This document shows, one piece after another, positions 48,027 to 56,720 of a DNA stretch of 57,403 bases. The number at the start of each line of letters is the position of its first letter. Positions within the stretch are counted from its first letter, which is position 1. Below the pieces are notes generated by a model, which saw nothing but the letters and a program-made list of their open reading frames with translations, made no database searches and was not told the DNA's origin. A program made the position numbers and the translations under genes. Source of the stretch: an uncultured virus (IMG/VR IMGVR_UViG_3300021089_000001) (Duplodnaviria > Heunggongvirae > Uroviricota > Caudoviricetes); the IMG/VR virus record IMGVR_UViG_3300021089_000001; one strand, written 5' to 3'.

Positions 48027-48293
48027 TTAAATTTTATAAAATGTAAATGTTTTCCAACCTTTATGATAGCTATAATGTAAAGGTTTCCACCTATCTACTT
48101 CATGCATTCGTCTAACCCAAGCCTGACAATAGTCATCATCCCAATGAGGATGGTCTACTTTTATCTTATAAATTTTACCGTTTTTAAGGGCTTGTTGGTT
48201 TAATTCTACTAGGTGAACGTCGGGAAAATCGGAGTTTGTGGAATCTTTTATGATTTTACGCCGCCTGGCGTATTTTTTAGTTGCCTTCTGCAT
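48027..48293 (-). CDS. Hypothetical protein
   Basis: 88 aa; GATAAATA on minus strand at 48304-48311. Confidence 0.55.
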   Translation of the reverse strand: MQKATKKYARRRKIIKDSTNSDFPDVHLVELNQQALKNGKIYKIKVDHPHWDDDYCQAWVRRMHEVDRWKPLHYSYHKGWKTFTFYKI

Positions 48294-48336
48294 ACTAAAA
48301 GTATATTTATCATCTGGGTCTAAAATAAATACAATT

Positions 48337-49374
48337 ATGCGATATATTGAGTTCAGAAAACTATTTGAACAGGAGCCCGGAACTGCCCCTATAAATCCGG
48401 TAAATCCTCCTCCAATGCCAGCTCAACCAGATGGTCCAGAAGCTGAAAAAATTAAGGATAGAGTAATTAGAGCTTTAAACAAAAAAAGAGCAGACGATCC
48501 TATATTTGATAAAGTTTATAAAACTATAATTGGCCCACAATTAGATAATAGAATTCAAAGATATATTGCAAAACATAAAGACGCAGACATAGGTGCTTCT
48601 GAAATGTCTTTCTTAATTAAACAAATACCTCAATTAGGCACTACACCACAAGTTAAAGACTTTGTAGAAAAATGGAACAAGGGTGCTGATTATATTAACA
48701 TTGAAGCACTTATTCCTAAAGCTGGTATGAATGCAAAAGCACCTTTATCATCAGTAGTAGCAGATGGTATTCCAAAAGCATTATTCCAAACACTTGCAAA
48801 AAATCCAGGAGCATTTAAAAAAAGTGATGCTGGTCCTGCCGAAGGGGCATTAGCTATGATGAGTAATAAAATATCATATGCAGAAAAAGGTGGAGACCTA
48901 GTTATTAGCGGACAAAAAATAGAAATTAAAGGTGGTGGAAAAGGAAAAGGTGGTGGAAGAGTTTATAATGACCGTAAAGGAATGATTAATCAAAGCGGTA
49001 TGACTGATGTATTAAGACAAGTAGGTTATACTGGAAATGTTACATTAGCTCAAGGAATGGGTACTAAACCTGTACCAGAAAACTTTCCAAGTAGAGAATT
49101 TACTTCAGCAATGTCTACATCATTCTTTGGAAGAATAGTTCCTGAATTAACTAATACTTGGAGAACACCTCAATTTAGATTAAACTTTAATAAAGCAATG
49201 TATGACGATTATCAACAGTCAGCTGGACACATTGGAATATTAATTATTGGTGCAAACAATTATCAGTACATCACAAACGGTGAACAATTAACAACAGTTA
49301 CAGGTGCAAGTTATCTGTACTATCCTAACGCAAGACAGCCTAGAGATATGGGCATACAAGTCAAAGTAAATTAA
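48337..49374 (+). CDS. Hypothetical protein with PD-(D/E)XK-like motif
   Basis: GPAE...GDLVISGQKIEIKG; start reassigned after AATAAATA 48324-48331. Confidence 0.55.
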   Translation: MRYIEFRKLFEQEPGTAPINPVNPPPMPAQPDGPEAEKIKDRVIRALNKKRADDPIFDKVYKTIIGPQLDNRIQRYIAKHKDADIGASEMSFLIKQIPQLGTTPQVKDFVEKWNKGADYINIEALIPKAGMNAKAPLSSVVADGIPKALFQTLAKNPGAFKKSDAGPAEGALAMMSNKISYAEKGGDLVISGQKIEIKGGGKGKGGGRVYNDRKGMINQSGMTDVLRQVGYTGNVTLAQGMGTKPVPENFPSREFTSAMSTSFFGRIVPELTNTWRTPQFRLNFNKAMYDDYQQSAGHIGILIIGANNYQYITNGEQLTTVTGASYLYYPNARQPRDMGIQVKVN

Positions 49375-49387
49375 GATAAATATTATT

Positions 49388-49591
49388 ATGGCGGCAAACG
49401 GTATATCAACATTGGCTAATAAGAAACTTCGACAAGAAGCTAAACTATCTGCGGCGGCTACAAAGCGTGGAACAACAGGTAGACGTAATACACTTAATCT
49501 TGGACAATTACCAACGGTATATCAAACAAATAATACCCTTACTGATAATGCTAATAGCGGTGGATTAGTTGTAGGTCGTCCTTGGACATAA
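49388..49591 (+). CDS. Small hypothetical late protein
   Basis: GATAAATA at 49375-49382; MAANGISTL...LVVGRPW. Confidence 0.6.
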   Translation: MAANGISTLANKKLRQEAKLSAAATKRGTTGRRNTLNLGQLPTVYQTNNTLTDNANSGGLVVGRPWT

Positions 49592-49631
49592 TAATTCAAT
49601 AATTCTATAATTCCTAATAAATACTCATATA

Positions 49632-50075
49632 ATGAAACGACTAGATGTATCAAGCGAATCGGCTGTAAGTATGCCAATGAAGAATTTGATCTCAATAATC
49701 ATAGCAGTTGCTATTGGTGTTTGGGCTTACTTTGGTGTGATTGAACGTTTGAATAATTTAGAAACCAAATCTACATTAACAGAAAAAGACTTGACTCAAA
49801 CCGAAGAAAGACTTAAAAATGATGTTGAAAAGAATAACGAATTTCGTATTAAATGGCCCCGTGGTGAATTAGGCTCTCCACCAGCAGACTCAGAACAATT
49901 CATGCTTATTGAACACATTGCAGGACAATTAGAAAAAATCCAAGAACGTATGGAAGATATGATGAACAATGGCGTTAACATTAAAAGACTACAAGAAGAC
50001 GTTAAAGATTTAAGAGAAGACGTTGAGAAACTAAAAGACGGACAAAGAACATTAAAACATCAAAACGGAAGCTAA
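49632..50075 (+). CDS. Membrane-anchored coiled-coil protein
   Basis: N-terminal TM segment then heptad-rich region; AATAAATA at 49616-49623. Confidence 0.65.
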   Translation: MKRLDVSSESAVSMPMKNLISIIIAVAIGVWAYFGVIERLNNLETKSTLTEKDLTQTEERLKNDVEKNNEFRIKWPRGELGSPPADSEQFMLIEHIAGQLEKIQERMEDMMNNGVNIKRLQEDVKDLREDVEKLKDGQRTLKHQNGS

Positions 50076-50076
50076 T

Positions 50077-50412
50077 ATGAAAAAAATATTAACAACAATT
50101 TTTTTATTATTATTTTGTACAACCGTACTAGCATACGAATATAAACCAGGTAAGAAACATATAGAAAAATCAGGTGTGATTGGTTTACTATTATTTTTAA
50201 ATGGTAAAATGATTGAGCACGTTTTTAAACCAAATTTATCAGCGTGTATGAAATCTAAAAGAATAGCACAAAGAGAAATGGATTCAACTAGCGAGGCAAA
50301 AGGAGCAAGAGTTGTGTTTACTTGTAAAATACTTGTTGCAGATTTAGAAGAAGACTCTCAAACGAAATATGGATTAAGAATTATTAAAGTTCATTCAGGA
50401 GGTGAATTATAA
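50077..50412 (+). CDS. Exported protein with Cys pair
   Basis: Signal peptide; ACMKSKRIAQRE...FTCK. Confidence 0.6.
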   Translation: MKKILTTIFLLLFCTTVLAYEYKPGKKHIEKSGVIGLLLFLNGKMIEHVFKPNLSACMKSKRIAQREMDSTSEAKGARVVFTCKILVADLEEDSQTKYGLRIIKVHSGGEL

Positions 50413-50413
50413 T

Positions 50414-50941
50414 ATGAAAAAGTTTTTATTAACAATATTATTTTTAATGTTTAGCTCAGTAGCATACGCAGAATGTACAGGTTGTGGTGATGGTGGTCAT
50501 GGTACTTGCATTGAGAAACCAGGACATACACATGATGACGAACAAGGACATGAGCACGAAAAAGGTACATGGTTAGATCATAAACACGCAAAAGTCGAAA
50601 AAATTATGATTGAGGAACACGCACAATCAGACTCTACACCGGAAAATGGCGTTGTATTTGCAGTATGTATTTTTGCTATTGCTGAAGATGGATCTAGAGT
50701 ACTAGTAGATCATAGAGCATCTGAAGACTTAATGGATTGCTTGAAGAATAAAAGAATGGCAGAAAGAGATTATAGAGATCCAGAGAAAAGAAATAAAATG
50801 TATCCTGGCTCTACTGTATTCACTATGACTTGTGATAAAGTAAACGCTAAAGTTAGAATTAAAGAAGACGGCAGTTGGGAAATACTTGACATACTAGGAC
50901 GACACGAAGAAGCATATCGAGAAAAAAAATCCTGGGAATAA
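50414..50941 (+). CDS. Exported His/Cys-rich protein
   Basis: Signal peptide ending AYA; CTGC, HTHDDEQGHEHE, DCLKNKRMAERD...MTCD. Confidence 0.6.
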   Translation: MKKFLLTILFLMFSSVAYAECTGCGDGGHGTCIEKPGHTHDDEQGHEHEKGTWLDHKHAKVEKIMIEEHAQSDSTPENGVVFAVCIFAIAEDGSRVLVDHRASEDLMDCLKNKRMAERDYRDPEKRNKMYPGSTVFTMTCDKVNAKVRIKEDGSWEILDILGRHEEAYREKKSWE

Positions 50942-50947
50942 GATCTC

Positions 50948-51316
50948 ATGCGTAAATTATTATTAACTTTATTTTTTATATTATTTGCCTTCCCGGCATA
51001 CGCATTAGAATTATTAATGGCACACAATCCTAAATGTGGTATTTGTCAAAAATTTATAGAAGAAGTAGCAGTAGACTATAACGATTCAGAAATAGCTAAA
51101 AAATTACCATTAAAAATTATTAGTGTATATGATCAACCTCAATGGTTTCAAGAAGCATATGCTGAAGGACGAATTAAAGTTATTAGAGGAACACCAACAT
51201 TTATTGTATGGAATGGTAGAAAAGAATTAGTTAGACTTGTAGGTTATAGTAATAAAGAAAGATTTTATAGAAGAGTAGAAGCTATATTCACCCACGACAG
51301 TTCCATTAAGAATTAA
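50948..51316 (+). CDS. Exported thioredoxin-fold protein (SoxS-like)
   Basis: Signal peptide, CGIC, GTPTFIV, RLVGY. Confidence 0.75.
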   Translation: MRKLLLTLFFILFAFPAYALELLMAHNPKCGICQKFIEEVAVDYNDSEIAKKLPLKIISVYDQPQWFQEAYAEGRIKVIRGTPTFIVWNGRKELVRLVGYSNKERFYRRVEAIFTHDSSIKN

Positions 51317-51627
51317 ATATTATCAAAATTCTTTTGAATATCAATACCTTCTAATTCAAAAGGTTTACCTTTAGGATATGACGGTTCAATTTGAAATTCT
51401 TCGCCAGTGGAATCATTTTTACAACCTGCTACTAACCAATCCCATTGAAAGTTCATATCATTTACAAACTCCCATAATACGTCATATGTTTTACGATCAG
51501 GATCCGTTTTAAGTAATTCTGTTTTGCAGGCTTCCATAGTATCATATGTTTGTTGCATTTGAAACGTTTGTTGTGTTTCTATAGGAGATTGTCCTATAAG
51601 GTAAGCAAGTATTAAAATTTTATACAT
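51313..51627 (-). CDS. Hypothetical protein
   Basis: 104 aa; MEACK...AGCK. Confidence 0.55.
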   Translation of the reverse strand: MYKILILAYLIGQSPIETQQTFQMQQTYDTMEACKTELLKTDPDRKTYDVLWEFVNDMNFQWDWLVAGCKNDSTGEEFQIEPSYPKGKPFELEGIDIQKNFDNI

Positions 51628-51732
51628 TTATTTGACAAGCATAGGTACAACAATTATGAAGCCTAACATTACGGCAACATAATAAATTAACCAGTGCGTG
51701 ATATTTTCTGATGGTTTAAAATTAAATTTCAT
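51628..51732 (-). CDS. 34-aa membrane microprotein
   Basis: MKFNFKPSENITHWLIYYVAVMLGFIIVVPMLVK; abuts next start. Confidence 0.5.
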   Translation of the reverse strand: MKFNFKPSENITHWLIYYVAVMLGFIIVVPMLVK

Positions 51733-51744
51733 TTAGATTGTTAT

Positions 51745-52182
51745 TTAATTGGTAGGTTTATCGTAGAAGCTCGGTAATGGATCTGTTAATGCTCTAAAAT
51801 TTACTCCTGGCATATTGAAAGTACTTTTAACTAGGACTATAGGTTTTTTAATAGTTGATTTGATTGTATTAATTTTAGGAGAATCTAAGCCTTTCCAATA
51901 ACCATCGATACTTAAATCTTGATCAGGAAAGTTGTTTTCCAAAGTTTTTTTGGTATATTTGTTAGATGCAAGAACGTATAAATGTTGACCTACTGTTTTG
52001 CCAGAGGACTTGTGAGATGCCATATTAACTACAGCACTTACCGCCTGTGTTTCGTATTTTCCAGTTACACCTGCGATTGCACCATTAACTGATAGAGTTC
52101 CTTCAAGAGTAGAGACTAACGGAAGTTGAGCACAACCATTTAGTAACACTATTGATAATATTATTCCTATTAAACGTTTCAT
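51745..52182 (-). CDS. Predicted lipoprotein
   Basis: Start reassigned: MKRLIGIILSIVLLNGC with lipobox LNGC. Confidence 0.6.
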   Translation of the reverse strand: MKRLIGIILSIVLLNGCAQLPLVSTLEGTLSVNGAIAGVTGKYETQAVSAVVNMASHKSSGKTVGQHLYVLASNKYTKKTLENNFPDQDLSIDGYWKGLDSPKINTIKSTIKKPIVLVKSTFNMPGVNFRALTDPLPSFYDKPTN

Positions 52183-52412
52183 AGTTATATTATTTAATAA
52201 CGGCATATATTCATTTACAGAGTATTTATCCATTAACACTATAGTTAATTCATAATATAGCATATAACTTACTATTGAACAACCTTAAATAATAGGTGTC
52301 AAAAGGGGTGTTTATGAAAAAGAAAACGTTTATGGGGGAATTAAAGAAAGAATTCCACCAATATATAAAAAAGATGCGTAAAATTGTTAAGAGTATTTTT
52401 AATAAAAACTAA

Positions 52413-52706
52413 TTAAGTTTCAATATCTGTTCTTACGATATGTTTTCTTAATGCTCTTACTAGTTCTTCAGTTTTATCTACAACAGCATTTAAACCTTTA
52501 TCCTGTATCCTCATTTTTATCATAGCTCTAACTAGTTCTTCAATTTTATCTATAATAGCAATTAAAGATTTGTCTGTGATATAATGGTGTCTTTCTCTTA
52601 ACTTATCGTATTCTTTTAAAGGAATAGTAACAGTTCTTAATGAAGTAACTTCATCTTCAAAACTTGCGTCCAATCCTCTTTGATGGTCGTCTGTATCATG
52701 TGACAT
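52413..52706 (-). CDS. Hypothetical protein with internal repeat
   Basis: DKSLIAIIDKIEELVRA / DKGLNAVVDKTEELVRA duplicated helix. Confidence 0.6.
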   Translation of the reverse strand: MSHDTDDHQRGLDASFEDEVTSLRTVTIPLKEYDKLRERHHYITDKSLIAIIDKIEELVRAMIKMRIQDKGLNAVVDKTEELVRALRKHIVRTDIET

Positions 52707-52786
52707 ATCTATAATATATTAGAAATATACTGAATTGTCAATGTATTATTTTGGCAATCTACCAAATAATAAAACCAAAAGCATCA

Positions 52787-52815
52787 TTGACAACCTTTAC
52801 TTAAAAATATATACT
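52787..52815 (+). promoter_or_regulatory. Sigma70-type promoter TTGACA-N17-TATACT
   Basis: Direct read; ATG at 52822; a divergent TTGACA lies on the minus strand at 52736-52741. Confidence 0.75.
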
Positions 52816-52821
52816 ACTACT

Positions 52822-53244
52822 ATGATAGACAAAATAAAAAATGGACTAGGAAAACCTGCTGGTTGGATGTATTTTATTCTTGTTGTTGCTTTGTTAATTA
52901 TTGTATCAAACAACTCTAAAGATAAAACAAACTTACAAGCAGAAATTGATTCACTAACTAATGATATCTCAACGTTGGAAACTACATTAGAAGCTTCTGC
53001 AAATGAAATAGCAGTTCGTGATGATACAATTGATGGTTTGAATAATGCAATAGCAGGATGGGAAACAGATTCAACAACAGCTATGCTGGAATTGAATGAC
53101 TCCGATACTAAAAGAGCAGAACTAGAACTAGCTAATGTAGAACTAACACTTACAGTTACAGATCTACAAACAGAACTAGATGCTAGTGCTTCAGCTTTAG
53201 AAGACGCAATTGCAAATCCGAACTGTCCGGTTGCAACTCAGTAA
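52822..53244 (+). CDS. Membrane-anchored acidic coiled-coil protein
   Basis: TM WMYFILVVALLIIV then long heptad repeat; start reassigned. Confidence 0.65.
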   Translation: MIDKIKNGLGKPAGWMYFILVVALLIIVSNNSKDKTNLQAEIDSLTNDISTLETTLEASANEIAVRDDTIDGLNNAIAGWETDSTTAMLELNDSDTKRAELELANVELTLTVTDLQTELDASASALEDAIANPNCPVATQ

Positions 53245-53271
53245 AAAAGAGTTAAAAATAAAAGGAGTTCT

Positions 53272-54141
53272 ATGAGCGAAGCTACGATGAGATTCGCTGG
53301 TGCACAGATACCTGTAACTCGCGATTTGGAACGTAACGTCGAAACAATCAAAAAAAGTATTGATTGGGCTATTAAAAATAAGTGTGATTATTTAATTACA
53401 CCCGAAGGTGCCCTTACAGGTTATTTTCCAGAATGGGAAACTTGGGAAGGCAGAACATTTAAAGATATAGACAATGCGTTAAGCGACGTAGAAAAATATG
53501 CTGGTAATAATGGTATAGGACTTGTACTTGGTACATTGTGGAAAGAAGAAGAAAGAACAGGCTCACTTAAAAGAAACCAACAAAGATATTATGATCAGAC
53601 TGGATCATTAATTGGTACAGTATGTAAACAATATGTAATTGCCTGGGACGCTGTTGTACCTGGACACTATACACCTTTAATACATTTACCTGATCCAATT
53701 AGAGAAGATGGTCGTCCTAGTATGGATGTTAAAGTTGTAGGTATGTTATGTAATGACCTTTGGGGTTCTTGGTGGCTTGGCAGAGAAAATATTGGTAGAC
53801 AAGCATATGAACTAGAAGCAGATATTTTAATTCATTCTTCAAATGGTGCAAGAGGATTAGATCCTATAGAAGATGAAGTACACGACAAATTTCATACAGG
53901 ATGTCTTCATATGATGTCTTATGCCGCAGATATGCCACTCATTAGTGTAGACAATTCTATTACTATGCACGGAGATGAATCATTTACAGGACCAACTTCA
54001 AGCCCGTCGGGCGTATGGCATAAAGAACAATTAGTAAAAGTTCCAAGAGTAGGAACACAACATTTTTATTTTGATTTTGTAAAAGGAACAACAAAAAACA
54101 AAACTCAAAACTATTTGGATCCTGTAATAACTCCAATTTAA
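53272..54141 (+). CDS. Carbon-nitrogen hydrolase (nitrilase superfamily)
   Basis: GAQ, ITPEGALTGY (Glu), CKQY (Lys), MLCNDLW (Cys); AAGGAG RBS. Confidence 0.85.
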   Translation: MSEATMRFAGAQIPVTRDLERNVETIKKSIDWAIKNKCDYLITPEGALTGYFPEWETWEGRTFKDIDNALSDVEKYAGNNGIGLVLGTLWKEEERTGSLKRNQQRYYDQTGSLIGTVCKQYVIAWDAVVPGHYTPLIHLPDPIREDGRPSMDVKVVGMLCNDLWGSWWLGRENIGRQAYELEADILIHSSNGARGLDPIEDEVHDKFHTGCLHMMSYAADMPLISVDNSITMHGDESFTGPTSSPSGVWHKEQLVKVPRVGTQHFYFDFVKGTTKNKTQNYLDPVITPI

Positions 54142-54143
54142 TA

Positions 54144-54788
54144 ATGTACACAAAAATTAAAAAAAGCATAAAGAAAGTCGTAGATGATATCAATGGTGTT
54201 GATATTACAAAAGTTAAAAAAGCATATGACGAAGCAGAACACAAAATTAAAAAAGCATACAAAGGTTCCAAACTAGAGAAACAAGTTGAAAACTTTTTTG
54301 ATTGGTTAAAGGAATCTGAAGTAATAGAATTAGATCACGTAAACACTTTTGAAGATCCAGTTAGACCAGAGTTAGATAATAAATTTAGAACATCATATGG
54401 TAGAAAAATATATGGATTAAATGATGATAAAGGAGAACTTGTAGCTGTTATGTGTTTTGCTTTTACTAATCACATTCCTAAAACTGTAAAAGAATTAGAG
54501 TCGTTTAGTATAGATGCATACAACCAAGGTATCCACAGAGCAGGGATAGGTGGTAATGTTGCAATAGCTTATACTGTATGGTCAAAGAAAAAAGGTGGTG
54601 GTAAACGAATAGTTAAAGAAGTATTCAAGTTAATTAAAAAATCACACCACTTGAATAGACTAGTAACCTTATCTCCATTAACAGATATGGCACGTAAGTT
54701 TCATTTAAGGAACGGTGCTAAAGAAATTCAAGTTAATAAAGAAACTCAAAATTTTGAATACTTCCTAGAAAAACCCTTAAAAAAATGA
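54144..54788 (+). CDS. Hypothetical protein, possible GNAT/malonyl-CoA-decarboxylase-like fold
   Basis: AIAYTVWSKKKGGGKRI, LVTLSP, ARKFHLRNGA. Confidence 0.45.
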   Translation: MYTKIKKSIKKVVDDINGVDITKVKKAYDEAEHKIKKAYKGSKLEKQVENFFDWLKESEVIELDHVNTFEDPVRPELDNKFRTSYGRKIYGLNDDKGELVAVMCFAFTNHIPKTVKELESFSIDAYNQGIHRAGIGGNVAIAYTVWSKKKGGGKRIVKEVFKLIKKSHHLNRLVTLSPLTDMARKFHLRNGAKEIQVNKETQNFEYFLEKPLKK

Positions 54789-54980
54789 TTGAATTATTAG
54801 TATTTGCAACCTGCTTTACACTACTAGTTTTGTTAATTGGTAACCCATTTCGTTAGGTCTCTTAGGTCCACTCGGTTTCTTAGGATCGTAGGTTTTTTGG
54901 TCACCAAGTGCCCGCTCGGGGTGCTAAAAGGTCGGAGCTTATTCCGGAGCTACTTGGTCATCTTTTCAACACAATTGAGA

Positions 54981-55496
54981 TTATTTGGTGAATAACAAGT
55001 ATATTGTTATATCCTTTTTACGTCTGAACTTTAATGTATCAGGATCTATTTGATGAACATTAATAGGACCACCTAGCTTTTGAATCATTTCATCTACATC
55101 TATTAAATGATGAACTGAATTTTTTAGCTTAACCATTGGATCATCGTGCCAGTGTTTCATTTTGATTTTTGTTCCCCACACTAACGGCCACCAATGCAAA
55201 GGGTTTTGTCCATACAATTCTATCATAGCTAATACACCTACTAATGGAAATGCTGTAAATGGTTCTATATACCATGGCATTAATTCAAAGGTAAATCTAT
55301 CTATTACGTTAACTATTCCCCAATATATTCCCCAAACACATAAACCTAATCCTAAGACAAGCCATTCTTCGCCTCTACTAAACTCTTCATCATCACGATC
55401 ATTATATGAACGAGTTGTTATAACTGGGTGACTTGGTAGTCCTACACTACGTCCTATATAATAACTTCTACGCTTTTTACGTTTTGTTTTAGACAT
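54981..55496 (-). CDS. Hypothetical membrane protein
   Basis: 171 aa with two hydrophobic segments. Confidence 0.55.
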   Translation of the reverse strand: MSKTKRKKRRSYYIGRSVGLPSHPVITTRSYNDRDDEEFSRGEEWLVLGLGLCVWGIYWGIVNVIDRFTFELMPWYIEPFTAFPLVGVLAMIELYGQNPLHWWPLVWGTKIKMKHWHDDPMVKLKNSVHHLIDVDEMIQKLGGPINVHQIDPDTLKFRRKKDITIYLLFTK

Positions 55497-56142
55497 ATAC
55501 GAAATTGAATGATACGCTTATTCGTGGTTCTTGAGTTTCATTGACTCCAACAAAGTGTTCTAACCATGCTGGAAACATTAACAGTCTTCCTTCTTTTGGC
55601 ATATAGTTTGCTTGGTGCCACAACCTTGGATCTATATCTGCTACTGGTTTTTGATCAGGTCTTATCATTGCCGCTCTATCTCTTGGATCGTTTAAGTGAA
55701 GAAAGCCACAGTTTTTGTTTACTTCTGTAGGAACTTTAACATAGTACACACCACTCCATGATGCATTTGCGTGACAATGCTTTTTATTACTAGCATCAGT
55801 TTTATTAACGTTTGCCCACATATTACCTATCTTTGTAGGTTGTGTCCATTGTTCATTTTCAATTACTTTTACTTGCATAGCTTGAAGTTCTAACAATAAA
55901 GGATCTGCCCATTCTTTAGTATGCATATCAGTTGTACTATGCCACCCTCCTTGATTAGTTACGCTAATACCAGGATCTTTACTTTGCCAATCTAATATGT
56001 GTCCTTGTAAGTCTTTATTAAGAGTTTGAGCATCAGGAACATCTATCCAGTATATAGGCGTTGGAAACCATAAATCTAAATTGAGTTGACGCTTAGGTAA
56101 ATCTTTACTGTCTGAGTGCAGTCCTACACTTTGCATAGTCAT
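55489..56142 (-). CDS. Putative 2OG-Fe(II) oxygenase (TIGR02466-like)
   Basis: WFPTPI, GGWHS, MWANVN, HCH...WSGVYY, DPR, FPAWLEHFV, RISVSFN. Confidence 0.85.
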   Translation of the reverse strand: MTMQSVGLHSDSKDLPKRQLNLDLWFPTPIYWIDVPDAQTLNKDLQGHILDWQSKDPGISVTNQGGWHSTTDMHTKEWADPLLLELQAMQVKVIENEQWTQPTKIGNMWANVNKTDASNKKHCHANASWSGVYYVKVPTEVNKNCGFLHLNDPRDRAAMIRPDQKPVADIDPRLWHQANYMPKEGRLLMFPAWLEHFVGVNETQEPRISVSFNFVYV

Positions 56143-56333
56143 ACGTTTGTCCCAGCTCTTTTATTAGTAATTGCTTCTATAATATCCTTAAACATTATAT
56201 CAATCTCAGTAACCATATCCCATAAGGTCGCCATATCTCCATATTGTTTTGCTAAAATGAATAGGATTAATATTAAGCATATTGAATTAAGGAGTGTAGC
56301 AATTTTAAAGATCATACTACTATTTAAAAGCAT
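56139..56333 (-). CDS. Small membrane protein
   Basis: Overlaps next start (ATGA); one TM segment; true start may be the internal MIFK. Confidence 0.45.
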   Translation of the reverse strand: MLLNSSMIFKIATLLNSICLILILFILAKQYGDMATLWDMVTEIDIMFKDIIEAITNKRAGTNV

Positions 56334-56369
56334 TAGGTAGGTTTGAATTTTAGAAGTGAGTATGCAACC

Positions 56370-56495
56370 TTAGGATATTAACTTATCTATATGCCCTGAT
56401 ATTACAAGATAGACTATTAGAACTCCTACAGCTATAATAAAGCGTAAAGACCAAACACTGACCTTTTCCCAGTACTGTATGTCTTTATTATCCAT
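56370..56495 (-). CDS. 41-aa membrane microprotein
   Basis: MDNKDIQYWEKVSVWSLRFIIAVGVLIVYLVISGHIDKLIS. Confidence 0.5.
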   Translation of the reverse strand: MDNKDIQYWEKVSVWSLRFIIAVGVLIVYLVISGHIDKLIS

Positions 56496-56496
56496 A

Positions 56497-56634
56497 TTAG
56501 CTCTTACCCATTGCTTGTCTGAGGTTAACTTTGAACCCACGACCGTTGTTATAATCCATTAGTGCTATAACACAACATATAGGAAACGCAGACACATAGA
56601 ATATGGGCATAATGATCCAACGAATGATTTTCAT
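56497..56634 (-). CDS. 45-aa membrane microprotein
   Basis: MKIIRWIIMPIFYVSAFPICCVIALMD...; coupled on both sides. Confidence 0.5.
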   Translation of the reverse strand: MKIIRWIIMPIFYVSAFPICCVIALMDYNNGRGFKVNLRQAMGKS

Positions 56635-56720
56635 GACTTAAACATCTCGTACCATATCCATATCATTATTATAACAGGTAATACAAACAAGATGCCATAT
56701 ACTATAATGTCTACTAGCAT
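56631..56720 (-). CDS. 29-aa membrane microprotein
   Basis: MLVDIIVYGILFVLPVIIMIWIWYEMFKS; CTAAATA on minus strand at 56726-56732. Confidence 0.5.
   Translation of the reverse strand: MLVDIIVYGILFVLPVIIMIWIWYEMFKS

Noticed and set aside
52822..53244. i-spanin call for the TM coiled-coil protein
   Set aside because: Sigma70-type promoter, no overlapping lipoprotein ORF and no adjacent endolysin
124..56340. Many short ORF-track entries antisense to or nested in long genes (e.g. 124-342, 4893-5237, 11847-12131, 34531-34857, 46742-47080, 55162-55431)
   Set aside because: They shadow well-supported genes and lack RBS, motifs or coupling
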